This document shows, piece after piece, positions 29,478-38,960 of a DNA stretch of 64,000 nt. The DNA lies in IMG/VR virus record IMGVR_UViG_2671180724_000008; one strand, 5' to 3'. A program made the translations under genes and the position numbers. The DNA comes from a virus (taxonomy: Duplodnaviria > Heunggongvirae > Uroviricota > Caudoviricetes). A model generated the notes under the pieces. That model was given only the letters and a program-made list of their open reading frames with translations. It was not told the origin of the DNA and did not search any database. Positions within the stretch are counted from its first letter, which is position 1, and each line of letters starts with the position of its first letter.

Positions 29478-29867
29478 ATGCTTTTAATTCAACCTGGGTT
29501 CGGTTTAAAGATAAAAAAAGGGCATATGTTTGGTGAGCGAGATTCCAAACGAAAAATTCTGTCTATTCGATTACCATTTATCACCATTCATTGGTTAAAC
29601 AGAGAGTCAACCGATTATTGGTATAAATGCGCAAGAGCAGCATTTAACGACCCTGACTGGTTTGTAGAAAATCACCACGCGGTTCGTCAGGCAAAAAGAA
29701 AGGCTAATACGACATATATGAAGGCATATCAGGATGCCTGGGAAGAACATCGTGGCCGATACCAAAAAAACATTGAAAAACTTGAATCAGAAAATATGGA
29801 CCTAAGAAGAAAACTTGGTGAAGCACGTCGAGACATCGAAGCATATAAACGTCTTGTATCGGAGTGA
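29478..29867 (+). CDS. Hypothetical protein (basic, coiled-coil C-terminus)
   Basis: 129-aa ORF; start uncertain. Confidence 0.4.
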   Translation: MLLIQPGFGLKIKKGHMFGERDSKRKILSIRLPFITIHWLNRESTDYWYKCARAAFNDPDWFVENHHAVRQAKRKANTTYMKAYQDAWEEHRGRYQKNIEKLESENMDLRRKLGEARRDIEAYKRLVSE

Positions 29868-29929
29868 ATATATCTTTGCTTTATTTTTTCAAAGGTGATT
29901 ATTTTCCTATTTATAAGGAGAAGTAAAAC

Positions 29930-30355
29930 ATGGCAGCAATTAAGAAACTCTACGATGCCGCAAACGCGGCTCTGGATGTTATTGATGATGAAGTATCAAA
30001 AGGCTTTCCTGAACCTGATTGGGCGCATCAGCTACGAAACGCTATCGCCGAAATGAATCCACCAGATCCGACCACCGACGAGACAGACTGGCAGCGATTT
30101 ATCCGTATGTACGCTCAGGAAATAGGTCCAACGCCAACGGCAGAGCAAGCAATGCTGCTGAAATACTTCAAAGAGGCGGGAGAGGATTTACCAATTGATG
30201 ACTCAGCATATTGGTTCCACTGCGCATGGCGTAAGTATGACGTGATATTCACACAAGGCATGGGGAGCAAAGATATGGTTGTGTGGCATCTACTCCATAT
30301 AGACACAGCCGTTGACAGAGTTATTGAACAGTTTTTCCCTAAACAAGAAGATTGA
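29930..30355 (+). CDS. Hypothetical protein
   Basis: 141-aa ORF. Confidence 0.5.
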   Translation: MAAIKKLYDAANAALDVIDDEVSKGFPEPDWAHQLRNAIAEMNPPDPTTDETDWQRFIRMYAQEIGPTPTAEQAMLLKYFKEAGEDLPIDDSAYWFHCAWRKYDVIFTQGMGSKDMVVWHLLHIDTAVDRVIEQFFPKQED

Positions 30356-30410
30356 TCGCCTATTCATAACTAACAAAATAAGTAAACACTAACCACAAAA
30401 GGAAAAACAC

Positions 30411-30686
30411 ATGAGAGTTTTAGTTCGAATCGTTACCAGCACTGTCTATGACGTGTTTCCGCTTTTTATGGTCAAAGCCGATGGTCTTAACGACGAAGAA
30501 ACTGACGCGCTGATCCAGCGTATTCTCGTTGAATATACAGGTCATGACGCTGATTCAGTGATGGTTGATGATGATGGTGTTTGTTGGCATAACGGCAACT
30601 GTTGGTACGTAGAAGAGACTCAACAAATCAGTGATGAAGATGCCGCACATCTTGAGCGTATTTTAAGCATCAGCACTTTTGAGTGA
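30411..30686 (+). CDS. Hypothetical acidic protein
   Basis: 91-aa ORF with conserved initiation context. Confidence 0.5.
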   Translation: MRVLVRIVTSTVYDVFPLFMVKADGLNDEETDALIQRILVEYTGHDADSVMVDDDGVCWHNGNCWYVEETQQISDEDAAHLERILSISTFE

Positions 30687-30725
30687 GTTTACAGTAAAAT
30701 TTATATAAGTTAGTATCTACCTATC

Positions 30726-30905
30726 ATGAAGATTTTTATTGAATACTTGTTACTCATCGTGTCAATAGCTTTTGTCATCGACTGCATTTTCACTGGTGTC
30801 ATTCGTAAAGTCTTTTCCCCGGTGAACGACGTAGTAATAAACGCTTTGGCTATCGTGCTCGTATTTAATTCAGCATTTGATGTAATCAAAGAGGTGGCAG
30901 CATGA
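30726..30905 (+). CDS. Small membrane protein (59 aa; below track cutoff)
   Basis: Two hydrophobic segments; stop overlaps next ATG. Confidence 0.35.
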   Translation: MKIFIEYLLLIVSIAFVIDCIFTGVIRKVFSPVNDVVINALAIVLVFNSAFDVIKEVAA

Positions 30906-31237
30906 AGGCCATCCCATTCGCGCTGTTGTTCCTTTCTTCGATCGTTGTGGCCGACACCACTGTTTATCAGTGTGAAATGTCTGTAGCCGACGTTAAGAAT
31001 GGCGCTCTTACCGACGTCATAAAAGCACCATATGGAGCGATGGTCGTAGACAGCGGCGACCAGTTCTATGTTGTGCGTGACGATCGAGTATTGTCATCCC
31101 CATATCTCACAAACCGTAATGGCAAATTAACCGGCGTTGGAGAAGACCACTTCGTATACAACAAATACAAGGGCTTCTATGGCGTTCACGCTTCTCAGCA
31201 AAGCTACCTTTTCGATGACTGCAAGGAGGTTGGATAA
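30902..31237 (+). CDS. Secreted/periplasmic protein with N-terminal signal peptide
   Basis: N-terminus MKAIPFALLFLSSIVVADTT resembles a Sec signal peptide. Confidence 0.5.
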   Translation: MKAIPFALLFLSSIVVADTTVYQCEMSVADVKNGALTDVIKAPYGAMVVDSGDQFYVVRDDRVLSSPYLTNRNGKLTGVGEDHFVYNKYKGFYGVHASQQSYLFDDCKEVG

Positions 31238-31449
31238 TGGCATTAACACTGGCAGGTCTGGAAATCGAGAAAACAAGCGGCTACTGGCGTGCTAAGGGTT
31301 TCAAGCAGCCAGGCATTCTTGAGCGTCTGGAACGTGAAGATGGGTATATCGTCCACCAGCGGCGTGAATGGCGTATGTACGATCCAGAAACAGGAAAACT
31401 GACTACAAAAGCCGGAACACTCTGGGGTCTGTTGAAGAAAATACACTAA
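31237..31449 (+). CDS. Small hypothetical protein
   Basis: 70-aa ORF coupled to upstream gene. Confidence 0.45.
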   Translation: MALTLAGLEIEKTSGYWRAKGFKQPGILERLEREDGYIVHQRREWRMYDPETGKLTTKAGTLWGLLKKIH

Positions 31450-31496
31450 ATGCAAACTGACTGCGGCTCGTTCCGCAGTCATATTTCATAGTCGTC

Positions 31497-32029
31497 ACCG
31501 CTGACAGCATACACAATCAACTACCGCTGATAGCATATCGAGAGTCTATCTTACCGCTCACAGCATACTTTACTCGATTTTTTACCGCTGACAGCATACT
31601 TAAGACATTGCATGAATAATGTGTACCGGTATGGGTATAACCAGAACAAAATTACCGCTGGCAGCATACGAAGGTCTGACATATACCATTAATTACCGCT
31701 GATAGCATATCCAAACAAAAATTCCTCAATAAAACACCGCTGACAGCATACGTTCTATCAGGGAGCAGCAGGCAATAAATGCCTTTCACTACAAGCAATC
31801 AGCGCAATAGCAATAGAATGTTAGTGAGCGCAAACCTATATGGAATGCACTCTTCGAGGTTAGTAACCACTGGGGAGGTATGACAGAGCATTGAGTGGTG
31901 ATAGATGATTTACCGCTCACAGCATACGTTCATCTCACTATACCGCTGGTAGCATATCTTTAACCGTTCACAGCATACTTTTCAGAAAAATAGCCGCTGA
32001 TAGCATACATTTCACCGCTGACAGCATAT
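31497..32029. repeat. Iteron array downstream of repA (incA-like): about 12 copies of 17-bp TACCGCTGACAGCATAC in two clusters
   Basis: Direct imperfect repeats at roughly 31497, 31522, 31553, 31583, 31653, 31694, 31735, 31911, 31941, 31962, 31991, 32013; irregular spacing. Confidence 0.85.
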
Positions 32030-33123
32030 CAAAGCAGTTTGAGACTATTGGAAAGGATCTCAATCATCTTGATATTTTCAGGCGTCAAATTCTGCGAAAG
32101 TTCGGTTATCTTGTTGATAATGTTCTGTTTAGCATCAATTTCCCCGGCTTTCTCATCTGGTTTTTTGGGTTCGATGTCTTCAGGTTTTGGCGGTGCGACT
32201 TTAAGTTTTGGATTACGGCTGTGAATCTGGATATAGATCGACCGCCCTCGCTTAATCTCGCTGTATTCGAGATAGCCCAAATCTTGGAGAGCTTTTAAGC
32301 CGTTACGTATAGTCTGATTCTGCGAGCTGACATTCCTGCTACTCAAATTGAGTCGCGCACGCAATCGAGCAAGCGATACCGGCGCAGGCTTGGTTGGAAG
32401 ACTTTCGATGAAGGTGTACAGAGCCTGTGCTGTTTCTTTGCGTGGTAGCTTATTGATAACCTTTAACTGCAAAAGAACCTTATGGTCAAAGCGATATAGT
32501 TCGGCCAGCTTCGGTTCTGCATAGAACACCACCGTATCTTTCTGCTCGTTGTAGTCCACGCTATTGATGAGGTGCACCATCAGAAGCGAGATCTTGTTAG
32601 AGCCGTCGACGTTCTTTTCTTCATACGTTCTCTGGAAAGACAGAGTTGTACGCATGATCTTCAAAAGACTGTTTGTAAGCCGGTCGCGGAGTGTTTTGCG
32701 GATCTGTGACGATGGATAGCCACAAAACTTCGCAAATTTCGTGATGCTTAACTCGACACGACCGTTAGGTTCGCCGTATTCTGCCAGCGAACGCACAACG
32801 CCCACCCACGTTTTGAAATCATGATCCATGTCGAGACGAGGACCGGTTATCTTGATGTCGGAATAGCCTTCAGAACGGGCTACTTCGAGCTGAACAAGCT
32901 CCTTTGAAGCATCGATTTCATTTGGCTTGTTACGCTTGCTGTATTTTGTCCCCTTGAGCGTGGGCACGAACAACCCCAGCCGCATCAACGCAATTGGTTG
33001 GACTGTATTGTTGCTATTAGGGACAAGTTCCCCTGTGTACAATTCAAGGGAACCTTCTTCAAAGTTGTCGAGATTATCTTCTACTTCTTTGTTATTTTTA
33101 CCTTTTTTATTTTTTGTGGACAT
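32029..33123 (-). CDS. repA: Plasmid replication initiator RepA (P1/RepFIB-type)
   Basis: Iteron arrays on both sides; motifs NSNNTVQPIALMRLG, ITGPRLDMD, ALYTFIESLP, HSRNPKLK resemble P1 RepA as recalled; start placed at 33123 so the gene does not overlap upstream iterons. Confidence 0.85.
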   Translation of the reverse strand: MSTKNKKGKNNKEVEDNLDNFEEGSLELYTGELVPNSNNTVQPIALMRLGLFVPTLKGTKYSKRNKPNEIDASKELVQLEVARSEGYSDIKITGPRLDMDHDFKTWVGVVRSLAEYGEPNGRVELSITKFAKFCGYPSSQIRKTLRDRLTNSLLKIMRTTLSFQRTYEEKNVDGSNKISLLMVHLINSVDYNEQKDTVVFYAEPKLAELYRFDHKVLLQLKVINKLPRKETAQALYTFIESLPTKPAPVSLARLRARLNLSSRNVSSQNQTIRNGLKALQDLGYLEYSEIKRGRSIYIQIHSRNPKLKVAPPKPEDIEPKKPDEKAGEIDAKQNIINKITELSQNLTPENIKMIEILSNSLKLL

Positions 33124-33141
33124 GTGGACACCTTTGTCATT

Positions 33142-33245
33142 CAACCGCTGACAGCATACTTGATTTGCCGCTGGCAGCATACAAAAAACAGTTGGCAGCA
33201 TACGGCGAACCGTTGACAGACTATCAATTACCGCTGACAGCATAC
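33142..33245. repeat. Iteron array upstream of repA (origin/incC-like): about 5 copies
   Basis: Copies at about 33142, 33166, 33190, 33209, 33229, between repA start and GATC cluster. Confidence 0.8.
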
Positions 33246-33279
33246 ATGAACATGGCTTCAGACCAGTCGTGGCGCGGCT

Positions 33280-33361
33280 TACAGCGATCGGGGATCTTAT
33301 TTGATCTATACAAGGATCTATCTATGGATCTCTTTATTAGGATCTATCCTGTGGATATGTG
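33280..33361. promoter_or_regulatory. Putative plasmid origin core: six GATC sites in GGATCTA-like repeats plus DnaA-box-like TGTGGATAT
   Basis: GATC at 33286, 33293, 33303, 33315, 33327, 33341; DnaA-box-like 9-mer at 33351-33359; layout matches P1 oriR as recalled. Confidence 0.6.
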
Positions 33362-33444
33362 AATAATTAAAACAGGCATTTACTACCTTCGGCGCACCTG
33401 GTGGGTTATCGTTGCCTCGGCTAACAATCACAGAAAAATGACAT

Positions 33445-34089
33445 ATGGATCTAAAACGCACGCGCTGGGTTCGTCGTCTTGAAGACGGCTCATACACTAT
33501 CGAATCAAATTCCAACCTGAATAAGCAGAAGTTGCTTTGTGACATCTGCGGTATAGCGGCGAAGTGCCCGATCTACGAAACCAGAATAAAACTTGATAAG
33601 GCTGGTGTGAATTTTCATTTAAACAGTTGCATCAGGTACGTTCCATTGCTCGCATTTCGTAAACCGATCATCGGATTGGATGCCCCCTACTTCAACACAC
33701 TCCGTTCAGGTGTGACGTGGCGAGATCGTTTATCACCAGACAAGCTGATTTGCCTTGTATCCGCAGACACAGGGAAAATCATCCGTTTTGGGAAAGTAGA
33801 CAAGGTTTACTCAGGTCCAGTAGACGAAATGTTGCGGAAACACAGCCGGTTTAATCATCTCTGTATGGGTGGTGAGAAAATCGAAAAGGTGGAAGAAGTG
33901 ATCCGTAAATCCTACGGACACTTTCTGACCAAAGATAGCCTGCTCACCGCAATCTACATCAGACATGTAAAACGTGAGTTCGACCTCGAATACCACAGCG
34001 AAGAAGAGCTTAACCTTGTTGACCCACGTCCAAAAGCTGGCGTCATAAGCATAAACGCAGCGCGTAAAAAGCCCACTGACGCGCTGTAA
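33445..34089 (+). CDS. Hypothetical protein
   Basis: 214-aa ORF. Confidence 0.5.
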   Translation: MDLKRTRWVRRLEDGSYTIESNSNLNKQKLLCDICGIAAKCPIYETRIKLDKAGVNFHLNSCIRYVPLLAFRKPIIGLDAPYFNTLRSGVTWRDRLSPDKLICLVSADTGKIIRFGKVDKVYSGPVDEMLRKHSRFNHLCMGGEKIEKVEEVIRKSYGHFLTKDSLLTAIYIRHVKREFDLEYHSEEELNLVDPRPKAGVISINAARKKPTDAL

Positions 34090-34343
34090 CCCTCCAGATC
34101 GTATATTGGCGTAGATAGAATCTACGCCCCCTCAAAATAGCTCTCATAGCGTTCTACAGTGATCCTGTCTTATTTTTAGTCATACAGGCAAGCAAAGTTG
34201 CGCCACAACAAATAGGTATATACTTACTTATAAATTTTGTATATTAAGACGCTCGTTTCATTCCTAACATACCGTTATGCATAGTTGTTTACCTTCTCAT
34301 TGCTCTTAAAATTTGTATCAAAATAACCACAAAGGAAAAACAC

Positions 34344-35429
34344 ATGACTTTGCCATACGGCGTCATTTCTGACTGCCACTACCACAAATGGGATGCGTTC
34401 TCCACGACGAACGCTGAGGGGCTTAACTCCAGACTTGAAATACAGTTGGAAGCAACGAAAGAAGCAGCCATCGCCATGAAGAAGGCCGGTTGTAAGTACA
34501 TGTTGGTTGCCGGTGATACATTTCACGTCCGAGGAACTGTGTCCCCTTCTGTTTTGCATTACGTAACTGAAACGTACAAGTGGATTATCAACGAGCTTGA
34601 TCTGACAGTAGTAATGCTGGCCGGTAATCACGATCTTGAAACCAACGATTCAGTATATAGCGCCAACGCAGCAGCATCGCTGAGTTCTATCGGCGTGGTA
34701 ATCGTATGTGGCAAGCGCCCACACTCAATAAAAATTGGTGATGTGACTGTCCACCTGATTAGCTGGCGTAACAATCATGCGGAGCTTATCAGCGATCTGA
34801 AAGCATTACGTAAGAGCGTAGAAGGTGATAATCATGACGTTGTTATCCATACATCCATTAACAAAGCCATTCCAACAATGCCTGACGTCGGTATCGATGC
34901 GCAGGAGTTAAAGGATATCGGCTTTCGTCTCGTGCTTAGTGGGCATTACCACAACCACAAAGAGGTCATTCCTGGTGTTATCAGTGTCGGTGCGCTGACC
35001 CATCAAAATTGGGGAGATGTTGGATCTCTGGCTGGTTACATGATCGTAAACCCGGACGGCAGTTTCAGTCACTACGAAACCAGTGCGCCTAAATTCATTA
35101 ACCTGGAAGATTATGTTGCCGATGACCAAATTCGCGGCAACTACGTGCGTTTCCGCGCCGTAATTGAGAACGATGAAGAAGGCATTAAGTACCAGAATAT
35201 CCTCAAAACAATGGGCGCAAAAGGTGTCGTGTGCAACTTCATCCGTAAGTCATCAATGATGGAAGGGACAGCAAGCACAACGGAAACCAGCAAAATCGAT
35301 AGCTTGGGAGAGTCGGTATCTGCTTATTGCAAGATTGTCCACGATACTGACGGCGGATTTGATCTGAGCAAGTTGGATATTTTGTGTCAGGAAATCCTCA
35401 CCGAAGCGGAGAGTTCGGAGGCTGTGTGA
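34344..35429 (+). CDS. SbcD/Mre11-family nuclease (calcineurin-like phosphoesterase)
   Basis: Metallophosphatase motifs SDCHYH, VAGDTFH, LAGNHD, SGHYH. Confidence 0.8.
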   Translation: MTLPYGVISDCHYHKWDAFSTTNAEGLNSRLEIQLEATKEAAIAMKKAGCKYMLVAGDTFHVRGTVSPSVLHYVTETYKWIINELDLTVVMLAGNHDLETNDSVYSANAAASLSSIGVVIVCGKRPHSIKIGDVTVHLISWRNNHAELISDLKALRKSVEGDNHDVVIHTSINKAIPTMPDVGIDAQELKDIGFRLVLSGHYHNHKEVIPGVISVGALTHQNWGDVGSLAGYMIVNPDGSFSHYETSAPKFINLEDYVADDQIRGNYVRFRAVIENDEEGIKYQNILKTMGAKGVVCNFIRKSSMMEGTASTTETSKIDSLGESVSAYCKIVHDTDGGFDLSKLDILCQEILTEAESSEAV

Positions 35430-35658
35430 GGCAAAGTCGTTATGGGAGCTTTCGAGACTTTGCCATCACGATGAAAAGACTTGAACGAGGCCAGACGGTG
35501 ATGTTTCACAAGCCCTACCCGCCACAAGGAAATCCCGTAGCGTTTTATCTTGGAAGGTTAACAAGAAAAGGCGTATTGAGACGCAGATCCTTCCCGGCGC
35601 ATACGGAGTTCAGATTGAAAGAAGGTCAAAAGCTAACACACGGTATCAAAGGTGTTAT

Positions 35659-37575
35659 ATGAAGTTTTTAAAGCTCCAGGTTGAGAATTTTATGGCTATC
35701 GCCAGCGCGGAGGTCGAGTTAGATCAGCGTGGTTTAGTGCTAATTCAGGGCGTTAATAGTGATGATAGTTCCGCATCAAGTAATGGCTCTGGAAAGTCAA
35801 CTCTAATGAATAGCCTGATGTGGTGTCTTTATGGCGAAACAGCTCATGGTGTGAAGGGTGACGATGTGTTGTCTACCGACCATGAAAAGAACTGTCGTGT
35901 TGCAGTAACCATCGAGGATGAAGGCAAGAGATATGCGATCATTCGTCACCGTAAACACAAAGAGTTCAAAAATCGTCTTATCGTTCGTGGTGAAGATGGC
36001 GATATGACGAAAGGCAAAGATGCGCTGACGCAGGAGTTCGTCGAGCGTCTGATCGGTGCATCTAAAGAGGTTTTCATGGCTTCCATCTATGCGAGCCAAG
36101 AAGCTATGCCAGATTTACCTGGAATGTCCGACAAAAACCTCAAAACCATCGTAGAAGAAGCCGCTGGCGTTGACAGACTGACACGCGCCTACGCTATTGC
36201 TCGTGAGCGAGCTAATGCAGCTGCCGCACGTATGGATGTGGTTAAAACCAAATTGGAGTCGACAATCTCGACCATTGAGGCAACACAGTCAGAAATTGAG
36301 TCCGCGAAAGCCTCCTCTGAATCATGGGAACAAGAGCGTTCTAAACGTTATGACGATGCCTTGGCTGGGCTGGCAAGTGCCGAAGTTGAGTTAACGGAAG
36401 TTGAACTTGAGATCCGCACTCTTCCCGAACAGATCCGTGATACCGAGAAGGCAATCGAAAGTGAGCGCAAAAAGTTAGCCTCAAAAGAAGAACATGACGC
36501 CAAGTTGCTCAAAGTGCGTGGTGCGATAACTGATATTCGGGCAAGCATCAAAGCTACAGAAAATAGTCAGGCTGATGCAATGAGCCGCGCGCGCAATTTT
36601 AAGACTAAAGCAGAAGAGGTTGGTACTAAAGTGGGATCGCCATGCCCTACTTGTGGCAAAGCCTACTGCGAAGAAGATCTATCAACGGTGAAGGAGAATT
36701 TCATTGAACAAGCACGTCAGGAAATTGGTCAGGCGAAGACACTTGCAGAGGCAATGGCTAAACACAAAACGAATCTTGAGAAAGCGTTAAGCATTGAGTC
36801 TGCCCTTGTTAAAACGACACCTGATGTAACGGCTATCATTGCACGGATTGAAGAGCTTACTAAACAACTCTCATCTTTGCGTCATCGTGAGAAGGAGGTT
36901 GTTGCTATTGAGTCTCTTGTTACTCGTGCTCGTGCAGAGGTAGATCGTATCTCAAAAGAGGTTAATCCGTTTATTGCACTTATCGCCAGACACGAAGATA
37001 ACCTGGCATCCAGTAAGTCTACCTTCAAGTCCTTAAAAGATGAGTTGAAGGCTATTCAGGAACAAACGTTGCTATTGGAAAAAGCTCGTCAGGTCTACTC
37101 TCCTGCCGGGGTGCGTTCTCATATTTTGACGTCTGTTACGCCTTTCCTGAATACACGTACAGCTGAGTATCTCAATACGTTGTCTGACGGGAATATTACT
37201 GCTGAGTGGTCGACGATGGATGTCACTAAAAAAGGTGAGTATCGCGACAAATTCAACATTAGTGTGCAGAAGAAAGGTTCAAGTAAGTCGTTCCAGACCC
37301 TCTCTGGTGGTGAGAAGCGGAAGGTTCGCATTGCGTGTTCTTTGGCATTGCAGGATCTGGTTAGTAACCGGGCGAGTAAAAACATCGATTTGTTTATCGG
37401 CGACGAAATTGACGATGCACTCGATACAGCCGGTCTTGAACGCCTCATGGGTATTCTGGAGTCCAAAGCTCGCGAGCGAGGTACTGTGCTGATTATCTCC
37501 CATAAAGAGATGAAGTCATGGTTCCGGGAAACTATTACGCTGGAAGTTAAAGAGGGGCGCAGCTATGTCGTTTAA
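35659..37575 (+). CDS. SbcC/Rad50-family ATPase
   Basis: N-terminal Walker A GSGKST, long coiled-coil middle with CxxC hook-like motif, C-terminal signature LSGGEKRK and Walker B. Confidence 0.8.
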   Translation: MKFLKLQVENFMAIASAEVELDQRGLVLIQGVNSDDSSASSNGSGKSTLMNSLMWCLYGETAHGVKGDDVLSTDHEKNCRVAVTIEDEGKRYAIIRHRKHKEFKNRLIVRGEDGDMTKGKDALTQEFVERLIGASKEVFMASIYASQEAMPDLPGMSDKNLKTIVEEAAGVDRLTRAYAIARERANAAAARMDVVKTKLESTISTIEATQSEIESAKASSESWEQERSKRYDDALAGLASAEVELTEVELEIRTLPEQIRDTEKAIESERKKLASKEEHDAKLLKVRGAITDIRASIKATENSQADAMSRARNFKTKAEEVGTKVGSPCPTCGKAYCEEDLSTVKENFIEQARQEIGQAKTLAEAMAKHKTNLEKALSIESALVKTTPDVTAIIARIEELTKQLSSLRHREKEVVAIESLVTRARAEVDRISKEVNPFIALIARHEDNLASSKSTFKSLKDELKAIQEQTLLLEKARQVYSPAGVRSHILTSVTPFLNTRTAEYLNTLSDGNITAEWSTMDVTKKGEYRDKFNISVQKKGSSKSFQTLSGGEKRKVRIACSLALQDLVSNRASKNIDLFIGDEIDDALDTAGLERLMGILESKARERGTVLIISHKEMKSWFRETITLEVKEGRSYVV

Positions 37576-38308
37576 ATTAAGCCGCTCGCAGTTTTTGCAG
37601 GTATTTGCAGTGATGCAGTCGATAAAACTGATCAATGGGCATACTTCCAATAGTGCGGCTCCACGTATTCTGTGGGGCAGCAATAATATTGACAAAGCAC
37701 AATTCGCCCCGTTGCTTGGTCTAATATCCGAGACACCATTGATGCAAAGTTTGGAATCACTACCGTCTGGATGTATTGCGCCGATCTTGATTAATCCTTT
37801 TGTTGAGGGGGGATATCTTCCCAACGTCGGACCTGGGTTTATCGCAACCCATGAAACTGAAGATCTTAACATTAATAGCGAAGGGTTCTTTGGGGCAATG
37901 GATGCGCATCTCTGTATGGCTTTCACGAACCTTATTCGACTTGCCAATAAGCGGGCGGATAGTTTGGCATCGCCAGGTGATGCTTTTACTGGTTTCCTTA
38001 TCCAAAGGAGGGATAAAAAGTACAGTGCGGACAAACTACAGTTTGTTGGTAAGTATGGAGAAATGGTAGAAATCGAACTTCAGCTCCCTCATGTTTTAGC
38101 AAACGATAGTGCAGACAGTCGGAGGCTGTTGGGCATCATGCGTCATTTCATAGCAAGTGGCGTTAAACATGCCGTAGATAAACGTGTCACGCAGGAAAAT
38201 GAGTATTCAGACTTTGCAAGCTATCCCCAACCAACGTTGCAAACGGCAATAGTAGCCAATTCGTTGGAGGCGAGATTATTGGAAAACCCTATATGGGGAA
38301 CATGGTAA
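37565..38308 (+). CDS. Hypothetical protein
   Basis: 247-aa ORF overlapping SbcC-like stop. Confidence 0.5.
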   Translation: MSFKLSRSQFLQVFAVMQSIKLINGHTSNSAAPRILWGSNNIDKAQFAPLLGLISETPLMQSLESLPSGCIAPILINPFVEGGYLPNVGPGFIATHETEDLNINSEGFFGAMDAHLCMAFTNLIRLANKRADSLASPGDAFTGFLIQRRDKKYSADKLQFVGKYGEMVEIELQLPHVLANDSADSRRLLGIMRHFIASGVKHAVDKRVTQENEYSDFASYPQPTLQTAIVANSLEARLLENPIWGTW

Positions 38309-38317
38309 GGAGACTAT

Positions 38318-38887
38318 ATGAGTAAAAAAATCAGCGTAGTTGGTGTTGATCCCTCAATGAGCAACTTTGGGCTTGCTGTGGGCACTTTAGACCTTGAAAC
38401 GGACGAACTTGAGATTCACGGCCTTACTCTTGTTGAGACTAAAGCGGGGAGTAACAAAAAGACAGTTCGTGTGAACAGTGACGATCTGCGCCGTGCCAGT
38501 GAAATATGGCGTGTTGCGAAGCCAATCATTGATAAGGCAAATATGGTTTTTTGTGAGCTACCGGTTGGGAGCCAAAACTCTCGTTCGCAGACGTCTTACG
38601 GTATTTGTATCGGTGTACTTGCGTGTGTGGATAAGCCATTGATCCAGGTCACTCCAAACGAAATTAAGCATTTTGTCGGCAATAAACTTACTACATCGAA
38701 AGAAGAGATTATCCAGTGGGCTACGAAAAAACACCCTAAAGCACCGTGGCTGCGTCGTAAGCAATCTGGACAGGATGTTCTCGTGAACAAAAACGAACAT
38801 TTGGCTGATGCGGTGGCTGCCATCCATACCGGTATGCAAACGGATCAGTTCCGCCAGGTGCGCGATGTTCTTAAGTCTCTCATTTGA
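38318..38887 (+). CDS. RuvC-family Holliday-junction resolvase
   Basis: N-terminal VVGVDPS and C-terminal EHLADAVAAIHTG resemble RuvC catalytic regions. Confidence 0.6.
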   Translation: MSKKISVVGVDPSMSNFGLAVGTLDLETDELEIHGLTLVETKAGSNKKTVRVNSDDLRRASEIWRVAKPIIDKANMVFCELPVGSQNSRSQTSYGICIGVLACVDKPLIQVTPNEIKHFVGNKLTTSKEEIIQWATKKHPKAPWLRRKQSGQDVLVNKNEHLADAVAAIHTGMQTDQFRQVRDVLKSLI

Positions 38888-38893
38888 TTTCAT

Positions 38894-38917
38894 TGATAGG
38901 TAAGTGCTTATCTATTA
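38894..38917. promoter_or_regulatory. Copy of palindrome family TGATAGGTAAGTGCTTATCTA
   Basis: Intergenic upstream of nrdA. Confidence 0.4.
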
Positions 38918-38960
38918 ACATGGGCCACTATATTTAGTGGCCCTCTTTATTTGGTGATAC

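Noticed and set aside
33124-33243. N-terminal 40 codons of the track repA ORF (32029-33243)
   Set aside because: This extension would be translated through the upstream iterons; the ATG at 33123 gives an N-terminus consistent with RepA proteins.
31497-33245. Arrays of 17-bp direct repeats that could be mistaken for a CRISPR array
   Set aside because: Spacing is irregular, the repeats are imperfect, they flank a RepA-type gene on both sides and there are no cas genes; they are plasmid iterons.
35384-35662. 92-aa plus-strand ORF bridging the SbcD-like and SbcC-like genes
   Set aside because: It overlaps the 3' end of the nuclease gene in another frame and no motif was recognised; probably spurious.
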